DNA of 37,938 bases from an uncultured Ruficoccus sp. (GCA_965140785.1 OZ223493.1:1-37938), one strand, 5' to 3'. Shown: positions 9,401 through 16,609, counted from the first letter of the stretch. The notes: a model not told the origin generated them from the letters alone. Numbers and translations are program-made.

Positions 9401-10019
9401 CGACCACGTCCTGGCCAGTGGCCACAACGTCAATGTGCTCGTGCTCGATACCGAGGTTTACTCGAACACCGGCGGCCAGGCCTCCAAGGCCACCCCGATC
9501 GGTGCGCAGGCCAAGTTCGCCGCCGCGGGCAAGGCCATGGCGAAAAAGGATCTGGCCCAGATCGCCATCAGCTACGGCAACATCTACGTCGCCCAGATCG
9601 CACTCGGTGCCAATGAGCAGCAGACGATCGAAGTCTTCCGCGAGGCGGAGAACTACCCCGGCCCTTCCCTGGTCATCGCCTATGGTCCCTGTCAGGCCCA
9701 CGGCATCAACCTGACCCTCGGGCCGGACCGCCAGAAAGCCGCCGTCAACAGTGGTTACTGGCCGCTGTTCCGCTACGACCCGCGCAAGGTCGGCAGCGAG
9801 GTCCCCGCCTTCCGGCTGGAGTCCTTCGAGCCGTCCATGCCGGTGGGCGACTTCATGGCGAAGGAGAACCGCTTCAAGTCCCTGCAGCGTTCGGACCCCG
9901 AGCGCGCGGGCAAGCTTCTCGAAATGGCGCAGGCCCACGTGGACTCCCGCTGGGCCAAGCTCGAGAAAATGGCTGCTGCCGGAGGCGACGATGACGAGGA
10001 GGACGACGACTGGGGTTAA
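6456..10019 (+). CDS. nifJ: Pyruvate:ferredoxin/flavodoxin oxidoreductase
   Basis: YPITPS, FTASQGLLLM, GSDGTVGANK, two 4Fe-4S motifs (CTQCNKCSLFCP, CTGCQACVELCP), GGDGWAYDIG TPP motif; 1187 aa. Confidence 0.96.
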   Translation: MGTSTSPERKTIDANEAVAAVAYRLSEIISIYPITPSTPMGELCDEWSAAGQHNLWGDTPQVVQLQSEAGVAGTFHGLLMGGSLSTTFTASQGLLLMIPNMYKLAGELTPAVIHVSARAIATNALSIFGDHSDVMACRQTGFAMLASNSVQEAADMAAIAHAATLKSRVPFLHFFDGFRTSHEINSVTPIPNETLMSLLDEDSLIQFYQRALTPDNPSVRGTAHNPDTYFQSREATNPFYKDTPGTVQAIMDAFAQKTGRAYKLYDYYGDPEAEQLIVMMGSGVETAAETAKWLNAHSDTKYGVLAVRLYRPFSMADFSAAIPATVKSIAVLDRTKEPGSLGEPLYLDTALAMQQAVRSGRRAAFPFIVGGRYGIGSKEFTPAMVKSVFDNLRTNTPMDSFSVGIRDDLTELSLDWDESFRLKSDHTQAAVFYGLGSDGTVGANKNTIKIIGETTDLYTQAYFVYDSKKSGGLTTSHLRFGTEPIKAPYLVDEARFVGCHQPQFLGKVDVLATISEGGVFLLNSPHPAGKVWHHLPLEVQETLIAKKISFHVIDAYAVAREVGMGGRINTIMQVCFFALSKVIPTDEAIAHIKDRIAKTYGRKGPKIVEMNCAAVDAALSHLEEVKIPAEATAAAAAAKWVPDEAPDFAQRVTAQLLAGRGDLLPTSAFPPDGTWPTGTSQYEKRRIASHIPVWDAETCTQCNKCSLFCPHAAIRPKAYDIVELAKAPEGFRSTKLKGPRADGKGFTIQVFPEDCTGCQACVELCPATDANGRRAIEMEPVDGIMEREKENLAFFQSLPLSDLDPDKASAKTITLRQPLIEFSGACSGCTQTPYVRILTQLFGDRLLIANATGCSSIYGGNLPTTPYCTDADGRGPAWANSLFEDNAEFGLGLHLASKHRHESAKRLLGKLGDELGQDKVDALLKAKPAAARQMVADLKASLNGGGSDAVKQLKRHLDYLVEKITWIIGGDGWAYDIGYGGLDHVLASGHNVNVLVLDTEVYSNTGGQASKATPIGAQAKFAAAGKAMAKKDLAQIAISYGNIYVAQIALGANEQQTIEVFREAENYPGPSLVIAYGPCQAHGINLTLGPDRQKAAVNSGYWPLFRYDPRKVGSEVPAFRLESFEPSMPVGDFMAKENRFKSLQRSDPERAGKLLEMAQAHVDSRWAKLEKMAAAGGDDDEEDDDWG

Positions 10020-10084
10020 AAAGCCCCTGCCGCCCATCACATACACGTATTCACACGACACCCCTTTCCGCCATATGCAGAATT

Positions 10085-10102
10085 GTATTCAGTAATGAAT
10101 AC
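10085..10102. promoter_or_regulatory. Palindrome GTATTCA-N4-TGAATAC upstream of draT, possible operator
   Basis: Perfect 7-bp inverted repeat; extra half-site at 10047-10053. Confidence 0.4.
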
Positions 10103-10192
10103 CTTCATGAACATACCCCGGAGGCTCGGGCCTGCCAATTCCCGCATGGGGATGCGACGATTGGCCGGCCTCCTCCGGGACCTCATGCTTCA

Positions 10193-10996
10193 ATGATCCA
10201 GAAGGAACCCGGCCAGATCACAATTAACCACTGCGAGATTCCGCCGTGGATCATAGCGTCGGACGAGTTCAACATCGACCCGGTCGCCCTCAGCATCGCC
10301 GGGGTGCGCGAGTCCAACTCCCACCTCTTCAAACGGCTGGAACTGATCGAGGACCCGATGGAGCGCGGACAGGTTTTCCATGACTACGTCGATGTCAAAT
10401 TTGCCCTGCACCAGTGGGAGAACTACCAGGGGAAGGCCCGCAGCAGCCTGCGCAACAGCTATATCCGCTTCCTGCGCGGCTGGGGCGTGGACAGCAACGG
10501 AATCGAAGGGGCCGTCCTCAAAAGCTGGGTCCAGAGTCGCTTCGGCATCCTGCCCACCTACCACAAGGGCGTGCTGCGCCCGCTCGACGGCGAGGAGGAC
10601 CAGATATTCGCCCTGGACCGCATGCGCGGCAGCGCCAAGACCAACTGCATCTTTTCCCAACTGGACCTGATGTATGAGTTTTGTCAATACGAGCTGTGTC
10701 GTCGCTGGCCGGAAAAGCGCGTGCTCACGCTCTATCGCGGTACCTATGACGCCGAGGAGCACCCGGTCTTTGAGAGCCGCACCAAGCGCGAATCCTGCGT
10801 GCGCCTGAACAATCTCGTTTCCTTCACCGCCGACCGGGAAAAGGCCTGGGAGTTCGGCTCCACGGTGTGGCAGGTCTGCATCGCCACCAGCAAGATCGTT
10901 TTCTTCAGCCAATTGCTACCCAGTCAACTGCTCAAGGGCGAGGACGAGTACCTCGTAGTCGGCGGCAACTACTGGGTCAAGGAACTGCTCTACTAA
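10193..10996 (+). CDS. draT: NAD+--dinitrogenase-reductase ADP-ribosyltransferase
   Basis: SYIRFLRGWGVDSNGIEGAVLKSWVQSRFGILPTYH, LYRG, RLNNLVSFT, AWEFG and the ExE catalytic motif LKGEDEYLVVGG. Confidence 0.93.
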   Translation: MIQKEPGQITINHCEIPPWIIASDEFNIDPVALSIAGVRESNSHLFKRLELIEDPMERGQVFHDYVDVKFALHQWENYQGKARSSLRNSYIRFLRGWGVDSNGIEGAVLKSWVQSRFGILPTYHKGVLRPLDGEEDQIFALDRMRGSAKTNCIFSQLDLMYEFCQYELCRRWPEKRVLTLYRGTYDAEEHPVFESRTKRESCVRLNNLVSFTADREKAWEFGSTVWQVCIATSKIVFFSQLLPSQLLKGEDEYLVVGGNYWVKELLY

Positions 10997-11014
10997 ACCA
11001 TTTCCAGAAAAATC

Positions 11015-11971
11015 ATGAACTGCCTAGTCAGCACCCAAGCGCCTTCCCGGCTGGCCACGCCGGAGCAGCTCGAAGCCGGGCTGCTGGGCATGCTGATCGG
11101 TGACGCTATCGGTGTGCCCTACGAGTTTCGCCTGCCTCAGGAGCTGCCGCCCTTCGACCAGCTCGAGATGGAGCCGCCCAAAGGTTTTCTGCGCACTTAT
11201 TCGCATGTGCCCACCGGCACCTGGTCCGACGACGGCGCCCAGGCGCTGTGCCTGCTCGCCTCACTGCAGGAGTGTGGCTACTACCACGCCTTCGATTTTT
11301 CCAAGCGCCTGCTGCGCTGGCATGACTTCGGGTACATGGCGGTGGACGGCTACGCCTTTGACGTGGGCAACCAGACCAGTGTTGCCCTCGCCCGCCTGAA
11401 AAAAGGTACCTCTACCAGCCACTCGGGCCTGGCCGGAGTCCGCAACAACGGCAACGGCTCGCTCATGCGCTGCCTGCCTCTGGCCCTTCAGCACCTGGGC
11501 AATGATCTGGCGCTCGTTCTGGACGCCCACCGCCAGTCCCGCCTCACCCACCGCCACCCGCGCTCGCAAGTCTGCTGCGCGCTGTACTGCCTGTGGGCGC
11601 GCCGGGAAATGCAGCACCACCGCGACCCGTGGGGCGACGCCGTGAGCACGCTGCGCATGATTTATGTCGCCGATCCCGTCTCGTCGAAGGAGCTGGAGGA
11701 ACACATTCGACCCGACGAACCGCCCACCGGCAACGGCACCGGCTACGTGGTGGACTGCCTCAACTCCGCCCGCCTGGCCTGCCAGGCAGACAGCTACGAA
11801 CGTATTATCAAAAAAGCCGTCTCTCTCGGCAACGATACTGACACCACAGCGGCTGTAGCCGGCGGCATTGCCGGCATCCGCTACGGCGTCTCGGGTATTC
11901 CGGAGCGCTGGCTCAAAGGGCTGCGCGGCAAACACATCCTGGCCGGCCTCGGCCTCCACCTAGAAGACTGA
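11015..11971 (+). CDS. draG: ADP-ribosylglycohydrolase, DraG-like by position
   Basis: IGDAIGVPYEF, TWSDDG, GNGSLMR and GNDTDTTAAVAGGIAG metal-binding motifs; 18 nt downstream of draT. Confidence 0.78.
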   Translation: MNCLVSTQAPSRLATPEQLEAGLLGMLIGDAIGVPYEFRLPQELPPFDQLEMEPPKGFLRTYSHVPTGTWSDDGAQALCLLASLQECGYYHAFDFSKRLLRWHDFGYMAVDGYAFDVGNQTSVALARLKKGTSTSHSGLAGVRNNGNGSLMRCLPLALQHLGNDLALVLDAHRQSRLTHRHPRSQVCCALYCLWARREMQHHRDPWGDAVSTLRMIYVADPVSSKELEEHIRPDEPPTGNGTGYVVDCLNSARLACQADSYERIIKKAVSLGNDTDTTAAVAGGIAGIRYGVSGIPERWLKGLRGKHILAGLGLHLED

Positions 11972-12096
11972 GCAGGTATCAACTCCCGTAAACACCGAAG
12001 GAGAGCTCGAGTACGGACGCTTTAGGCGCCTTTCACCAACTTTCGGCCTTGAGTTCTGAAGGCTCGAGGTATTTGCTTCCGGTTTTCCTGATGTCA

Positions 12097-12136
<40 letters not shown>

Positions 12137-12262
12137 GTAAACGGGCATTTTCGCTCACTTTTTCAGCAATCATCACGCGTCGTCAAATTGCTGATTGAAA
12201 GCGCCTTACACTCCCCTACCCGTCATCCCAAATCCTCACCGATCCGCCCATTTTTCAACCTC

Positions 12263-12354
12263 GGGTTACAAAGCCGGGTTACAAATTGGATTAAGGGAGC
12301 AAAATCAAACGGCTCCAGTTTTGGGAGTTTTTTGTAACCCGCGTGGGTTACAAA
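12263..12354. repeat. Four GGGTTACAAA copies, putative integrase arm-type sites
   Basis: Direct copies at 12263-12272 and 12276-12285; inverted pair at 12331-12340 and 12345-12354. Confidence 0.8.
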
Positions 12355-12356
12355 TT

Positions 12357-12420
12357 TTCTAACGTCTAGATGTGGCGAAGGCGTGCTAGGACGCGTTACC
12401 TACCTGTAAGCGTGTTAGCG
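12357..12420 (-). other. attC-like recombination site downstream of the cargo gene
   Basis: Minus strand CGCTAAC...GTTAGAA, 64 bp, with complementary CTAAC/GTTAG ends and an inner GCGT-N6-ACGC hairpin, 3 nt after the stop codon; L-box pairing is imperfect. Confidence 0.35.
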
Positions 12421-12423
12421 TTC

Positions 12424-13281
12424 CTAGGAATAGATTACATTACGTAAGCAATCATCAAATTCACGCTTACTGTCAAAAAACTTTGGCACGCTTGAGTTCT
12501 CTACAATATATTTTGAAAACTCTTCTTCCATCTCCGGGAACGCAATCTTTCGTCCCTCACGTCCAAAGTGATCAATTGCCCTGCTAAAGGCTTCCCGCAT
12601 AGCAGAAATAACTTCTTCATCGTAGTGAATCATTTTTCGGGAACGACTATGTAGCATGTCATTTCTGTCCCTCTTATCTCTCATCACCATGAATCTCTTT
12701 AACTCTCTTAACTCTTCTATTATAAAGTCTTCCTTGGAAACTTCCGTTGTCTCCAACTGAGCAACATGAAACTTTCCAAAGTGTTTAAGAAAAGTCGTAT
12801 ATGAAGGATCAGTAGTCGCCTTTTTATAGGTCGCTTTAATCTTTTCAGTCAAAGATTTCTTGAATTCAACGATTTTGTTGAAGCGAAGATCCCTAGGATA
12901 CTCTAAGTGTTCTATTGGGGAAGTATCAAAAGAATATGTTGTTGCATCATCCTTTACGATAATCGTCGGCTTGTCAAAAGCGAGACGGATACCGAGCTCA
13001 AACATTACATTCGGATTCTTTCCACTAACATCACAAACAACGATTGGATTATCGTATAAATTCTGAATAATCCTCTTCTGGATTATACCGACATCATCAG
13101 AGTCGCTGACTAGATTTGCTTTGAATTCTGAATCACCAATTGCTTCTGTGAGGATAAGCTTAACATCCAACCAATGTTGCTCTGTGCAATCATCAATTGA
13201 TGATATAGGCATCACAAGGCCACACTTGAGCATTGCTTTCCCTTTCTCAGACTCAACATTACTTTCAACTTTTTTAGTCAT
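12424..13281 (-). CDS. Nucleoside 2-deoxyribosyltransferase (NDT)/TIR-like domain protein with helical C-terminus, candidate defence effector
   Basis: CGLVMPIS...IVVCDVSGKNPNVMFELGIRLAFDKPTIIV; strongly AT-rich compared with the flanks. Confidence 0.72.
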   Translation of the reverse strand: MTKKVESNVESEKGKAMLKCGLVMPISSIDDCTEQHWLDVKLILTEAIGDSEFKANLVSDSDDVGIIQKRIIQNLYDNPIVVCDVSGKNPNVMFELGIRLAFDKPTIIVKDDATTYSFDTSPIEHLEYPRDLRFNKIVEFKKSLTEKIKATYKKATTDPSYTTFLKHFGKFHVAQLETTEVSKEDFIIEELRELKRFMVMRDKRDRNDMLHSRSRKMIHYDEEVISAMREAFSRAIDHFGREGRKIAFPEMEEEFSKYIVENSSVPKFFDSKREFDDCLRNVIYS

Positions 13282-13329
13282 AAACCAAAATCATTAAATT
13301 ACTAAAAACCATTAATCATGGCATGCCCA

Positions 13330-13461
13330 TCAATCGCCCTTCTTGTGCTTGTGGGGCTTGAGTGACGGGGTGTTTCCGGGAGTTTTTTTGTTATCGCGCT
13401 GGCGGCGATCAGGTTTTCCGGTTGATTCAGCTATTCTCTTGGGACCTGGCTTAATGCCCAT
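13330..13461 (-). CDS. Small basic protein, 43 aa, below the ORF-track cutoff
   Basis: Hand translation: MGIKPGPKRIAESTGKPDRRQRDNKKTPGNTPSLKPHKHKKGD*; ends 48 nt upstream of the NDT-like gene on the same strand. Confidence 0.6.
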   Translation of the reverse strand: MGIKPGPKRIAESTGKPDRRQRDNKKTPGNTPSLKPHKHKKGD

Positions 13462-13551
13462 GGTTTTTACTTATTTTAGGGGTTCAAGCAATGCGATAGG
13501 GTTAACACGCTAGATCTATAAATACTTATTTTAACCTAGTAAAGGCATAAA

Positions 13552-14616
13552 TCACGATATCAATACACTCGCGATCTCCCCCGCTGTAGCGTCCGGATAG
13601 TTTTTGAGGAGTTTTAGGATGTTGTAGGCCCAGGCGGGGCCGGCGATTTGTTTCATAGCGTCCATGTCTTTAGCACCGAGGAGGGCGGCGACTTCGGTGA
13701 TGGTGCTGCGCCATTGCTGGCCGGATTCGAGCCAGGCTAGGTTTTGGCTGACCTTTTTCCACCCGCGCGAATAGCGGACCATGCGGGCACCCTTGAATTG
13801 CTCGCCGCGGAACATGCTGCCCTTTTCGAGGTACTTTCCGACATAGAGGGCGATGCCTTCGGCGTTGGAGCGGATGGGGAGGAGTTCGGAGCGCCCGAAG
13901 CCGTATTTCTTCATGTCAGCGCGAAGCTGCTTCCAGAGTTCGCGCAGGTAGGGGGAGGCGGAGGCGACGTATTGCCGTTTCAGCGCGTGAAACCGCTTGC
14001 TGTGCTTGCTCAGCCTAAACTCCCGCTGGCACTCGTAAAAGGCCGCAAAGTCGAAGCCCCTGCGGATGTCCAGCAGGCAGACAACGACCAGATGATAATG
14101 CACCGCGCCGCGTAGTTGTGGCTCCACTACGGCGACGTAATGCCGGAAGAGTTTTCTCAACAGGTGGCTGGCGAGCGAGTTGAACCGCCGCTGGGCTTCC
14201 TTGAAGTCGGTGATGTTCTCGGCAAAGGTCATAGTGAGAAAGCCGAGGTGCTCCAGCCCGAAGAACGTGACCATGTGCTTGAGGTTTTCCACCAGCGCGA
14301 AGGCCTTCTTTTTCTCGGCGGGGGTGAGGCCGCCGAACCACATCTGCACGTCGCCAAACTCGACGAGGTGACGCCCGTGGGAGTCATATTTGATGACCTT
14401 GACCGGGCTGTCTTCGGGCTTTTTGCAGTAGTCTTTGACGGACCCGTTTTCGACCCGACTAAATGGCGCCTCGGTTGAGTTGTTATTCTTTAGACAAGGA
14501 AGGGCGGCTGCGCCGCCCTGAGGCCCGCCGGGCAGTGCGGGCGCACCCTCCGGTGCGCTCCGCGCTGCCTCGTCGTGCCCTCGGGGATGGCCGGAGGCGC
14601 GACTTTCCCGGCTCAT
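13552..14616 (-). CDS. HUH-family rolling-circle replication initiator (Rep)
   Basis: Motif I FLTMT, motif II VHYHLVV, motif III YVGKYLEK in the expected order; ATGA overlap with the upstream HTH gene; true start uncertain. Confidence 0.85.
   Translation of the reverse strand: MSRESRASGHPRGHDEAARSAPEGAPALPGGPQGGAAALPCLKNNNSTEAPFSRVENGSVKDYCKKPEDSPVKVIKYDSHGRHLVEFGDVQMWFGGLTPAEKKKAFALVENLKHMVTFFGLEHLGFLTMTFAENITDFKEAQRRFNSLASHLLRKLFRHYVAVVEPQLRGAVHYHLVVVCLLDIRRGFDFAAFYECQREFRLSKHSKRFHALKRQYVASASPYLRELWKQLRADMKKYGFGRSELLPIRSNAEGIALYVGKYLEKGSMFRGEQFKGARMVRYSRGWKKVSQNLAWLESGQQWRSTITEVAALLGAKDMDAMKQIAGPAWAYNILKLLKNYPDATAGEIASVLIS
14478..14558 (-). other. Candidate double-strand origin for the Rep
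   Basis: Stems AGGGCGGC-TGC-GCCGCCCT (14501-14519) and GCGCACC-CTCC-GGTGCGC (14541-14558) next to AT-rich CTTGTCTAAAGAATAACAACTC on the minus strand. Confidence 0.4.
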
Positions 14617-15059
14617 TGGACATCACCCCCTTCCGCGTCGTGGGAAGCGCTGGGCGGGCTCACCCGTCCGCCGCCTGATCCGCTCGGCGCAAGCGAGCTT
14701 TGGGAGCACGCTTTCTTGCGCCGCCCGGGGCGGCTAACCCGTGGGCCGACGCTACCGGGGCCTTTGCGCGTGGGTGGTCGATCCGTGAACCCGACCTCGT
14801 CAAGCACCTGCCCAAGGCGGCGGGGTTCGCTCGTGCGGCGGGGTGCGGGGTCGATGGACTCGGAGGTTTCCCGCAGGAAGCGTTCGAGCTCCCATCGTGG
14901 ATACATGGGGCGACGTGTCGCCCGGGACGGCCGAAGCAGTCCGCGTTTGGTCAGGCGGTCAACCGTCGCTGGTGACAGCCCGAGGATTTCCGACGCCTCG
15001 TCCCGATTGTAGGACAGGCGAGCGGCTTGCGTTGGGTTGGCTTGGACATGCTGTTGCAT
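14613..15059 (-). CDS. Excisionase-like winged-HTH protein with low-complexity tail
   Basis: LSYNRDEASEILGLSPATVDRLTKRGLLRP...YPRWELERFL. Confidence 0.8.
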   Translation of the reverse strand: MQQHVQANPTQAARLSYNRDEASEILGLSPATVDRLTKRGLLRPSRATRRPMYPRWELERFLRETSESIDPAPRRTSEPRRLGQVLDEVGFTDRPPTRKGPGSVGPRVSRPGRRKKACSQSSLAPSGSGGGRVSPPSASHDAEGGDVQ

Positions 15060-15117
15060 GCCCAGTTTATGCCATAAGCGCCTAAGCGTTAATACCTAAG
15101 CTTGCGCGTCCGCCGAT

Positions 15118-15870
15118 TTAGGATTTTTTCGGGCGGCCACGAGCCGCCAGTTTCAGGCCTATCTCGCGGCAAATGGCCTCAAGTTGTTTGGGCTCTGCAT
15201 CCGGGTCCGCTTGATACTTCAAGAAGTGATTCAGGAACCGGTGCAACGCCCTGATGCTTTCACACTGCACCACCTTGGGCCACAGCTTCCATAACCATGT
15301 CAGAATCGTTAACCGGCTGCCATCAACTTCAGGCTCATTGCCGAACTGAAAATCCAACCCCCGCAGATACCCTTTGTGATATTGTTTGGCGTCTTCAATG
15401 GAGAGCGAAACGCTATTGGCCAAATACAAAGAGACGCCCAGCAATTGAGCCTCTGCTTCTTGCTCGCTCACGGTGAGATTATTTTCAAATGACATGAGCG
15501 TTTTTAGCTCGGACACATTCTCTTGGGGCAGGTGGAACGTCTCCCCCAGCCCATCCGCAGACTCCTCGACGACGTCCTCTTGCTGCTGAAAAAACGTGTG
15601 CAATACACCATGCACTTGCCCAAGGCTCAGGCAATCATTCGGGTTCGCCTCAAGCGTCTGTGACGCTTTGGCGAAAAACGCGTTGAGGCTGCGGGTTATT
15701 CGGACATAAGCCTCTTTGGCCCATTCCGGCGGCACGGGCATTTCCTCGGGGAGCCGTTCAATGACTCCATCGAAATATTGGCGCTCGATGATGAGTGGTT
15801 TCAGGCGGCTCGAGAAATACGCTTTCAAGTCTGTGCGCGTCAGGCCAAAAACGGGGTCCGGGGTGTCCAT
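15118..15870 (-). CDS. Hypothetical protein with basic C-terminus (GLKLAARGRPKKS)
   Basis: About 250-codon open frame between the PIN and Xis-like genes; ATG at 15870. Confidence 0.7.
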   Translation of the reverse strand: MDTPDPVFGLTRTDLKAYFSSRLKPLIIERQYFDGVIERLPEEMPVPPEWAKEAYVRITRSLNAFFAKASQTLEANPNDCLSLGQVHGVLHTFFQQQEDVVEESADGLGETFHLPQENVSELKTLMSFENNLTVSEQEAEAQLLGVSLYLANSVSLSIEDAKQYHKGYLRGLDFQFGNEPEVDGSRLTILTWLWKLWPKVVQCESIRALHRFLNHFLKYQADPDAEPKQLEAICREIGLKLAARGRPKKS

Positions 15871-15894
15871 AAGCAATAGAAAGGGCGTCCCTTT

Positions 15895-16317
15895 CTATAT
15901 CACTCCGCGCTCGCGGCATTCAAGCAGCCAGTCGCCGGGGGTTTTTATGGCGACGCCGTAAACCTGCTTTCCGAGCAGGCCCATAAAGTCCTGGCGGTCG
16001 AGGGTAAGGAGGACGTCCACTTTTGCGGCGAGAGCGGAGAGGACGACGGGGCGGTCTTTGGCCTTGGGGAAGATAAGAATCTTATCCGGGGACAGCGCGT
16101 CGCCGGTCCACGTGATGCGGTCACGGACCAGACGCTTGAAGTGCTGGACGGCGGCGGGGCCGAGCTTGGGGAGGTTCTTTTGGGTTTCGGCCAAACAGTA
16201 GGCCGAGCTGATGAGCGACCAGCCCAATGATTCTGCGTTCTCAACGAGAAAGCGGCTTGCGCCCTTGGCCGAGGCAGACGCCGACAAGAGCACGCTCGAG
16301 TCCAGAAAGAGCTTCAC
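15895..16317 (-). CDS. PIN-domain (VapC-like) toxin
   Basis: KLFLDSSVLLSA, LAET, KDRPVVLSA, LLTLDRQDF acidic PIN motifs; 4-nt overlap with the antitoxin gene. Confidence 0.88.
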   Translation of the reverse strand: MKLFLDSSVLLSASASAKGASRFLVENAESLGWSLISSAYCLAETQKNLPKLGPAAVQHFKRLVRDRITWTGDALSPDKILIFPKAKDRPVVLSALAAKVDVLLTLDRQDFMGLLGKQVYGVAIKTPGDWLLECRERGVI

Positions 16318-16550
16318 TTGCTTTTCTTGAAAGCGGCCATGGCGGCCTCGTCATCGGCGATCCACTGGCGGATTTTCTTGGCGGGAATGTCGCGGACGGG
16401 GACAGCGGCGGCGGGTTCGAGGGTAAGCTTGCCGTCCTTCTCCTCGATGATCACGAGGGGATTCGGGAGCTTGTCGAGACCGAGCTTTCGCCGGAACTCC
16501 GGCGGCAGGGTCACGGTGCCGCGTTTACTGACTGAAAGAACTGCTGACAT
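16314..16550 (-). CDS. AbrB/MazE/SpoVT-family antitoxin
   Basis: MSAVLSVSKRGTVTLPPEFRRKLGL...IEEKDGKLTLEP; ATG at 16550. Confidence 0.88.
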   Translation of the reverse strand: MSAVLSVSKRGTVTLPPEFRRKLGLDKLPNPLVIIEEKDGKLTLEPAAAVPVRDIPAKKIRQWIADDEAAMAAFKKSK

Positions 16551-16556
16551 ACCGCA

Positions 16557-16585
16557 ATGCTGTATTACGGTAATTGTTTTGTCAA
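16557..16585 (-). promoter_or_regulatory. Toxin-antitoxin promoter/operator
   Basis: Minus strand TTGACA (16585-16580), 17 nt spacer, CAGCAT; palindrome ATTAC-G-GTAAT at 16564-16574 inside the spacer. Confidence 0.55.
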
Positions 16586-16609
16586 GTGAAGCTGCGCGAT
16601 TTGATCGGC

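Noticed and set aside
12263..12354. CRISPR array or iterons
   Set aside because: Repeats are only 10 bp, have mixed orientation and no unique spacers, and sit at both element ends rather than next to rep
13282..13551. Retron ncRNA upstream of the NDT-like gene
   Set aside because: No reverse transcriptase in the element, and the gap is largely explained by the 43-aa ORF
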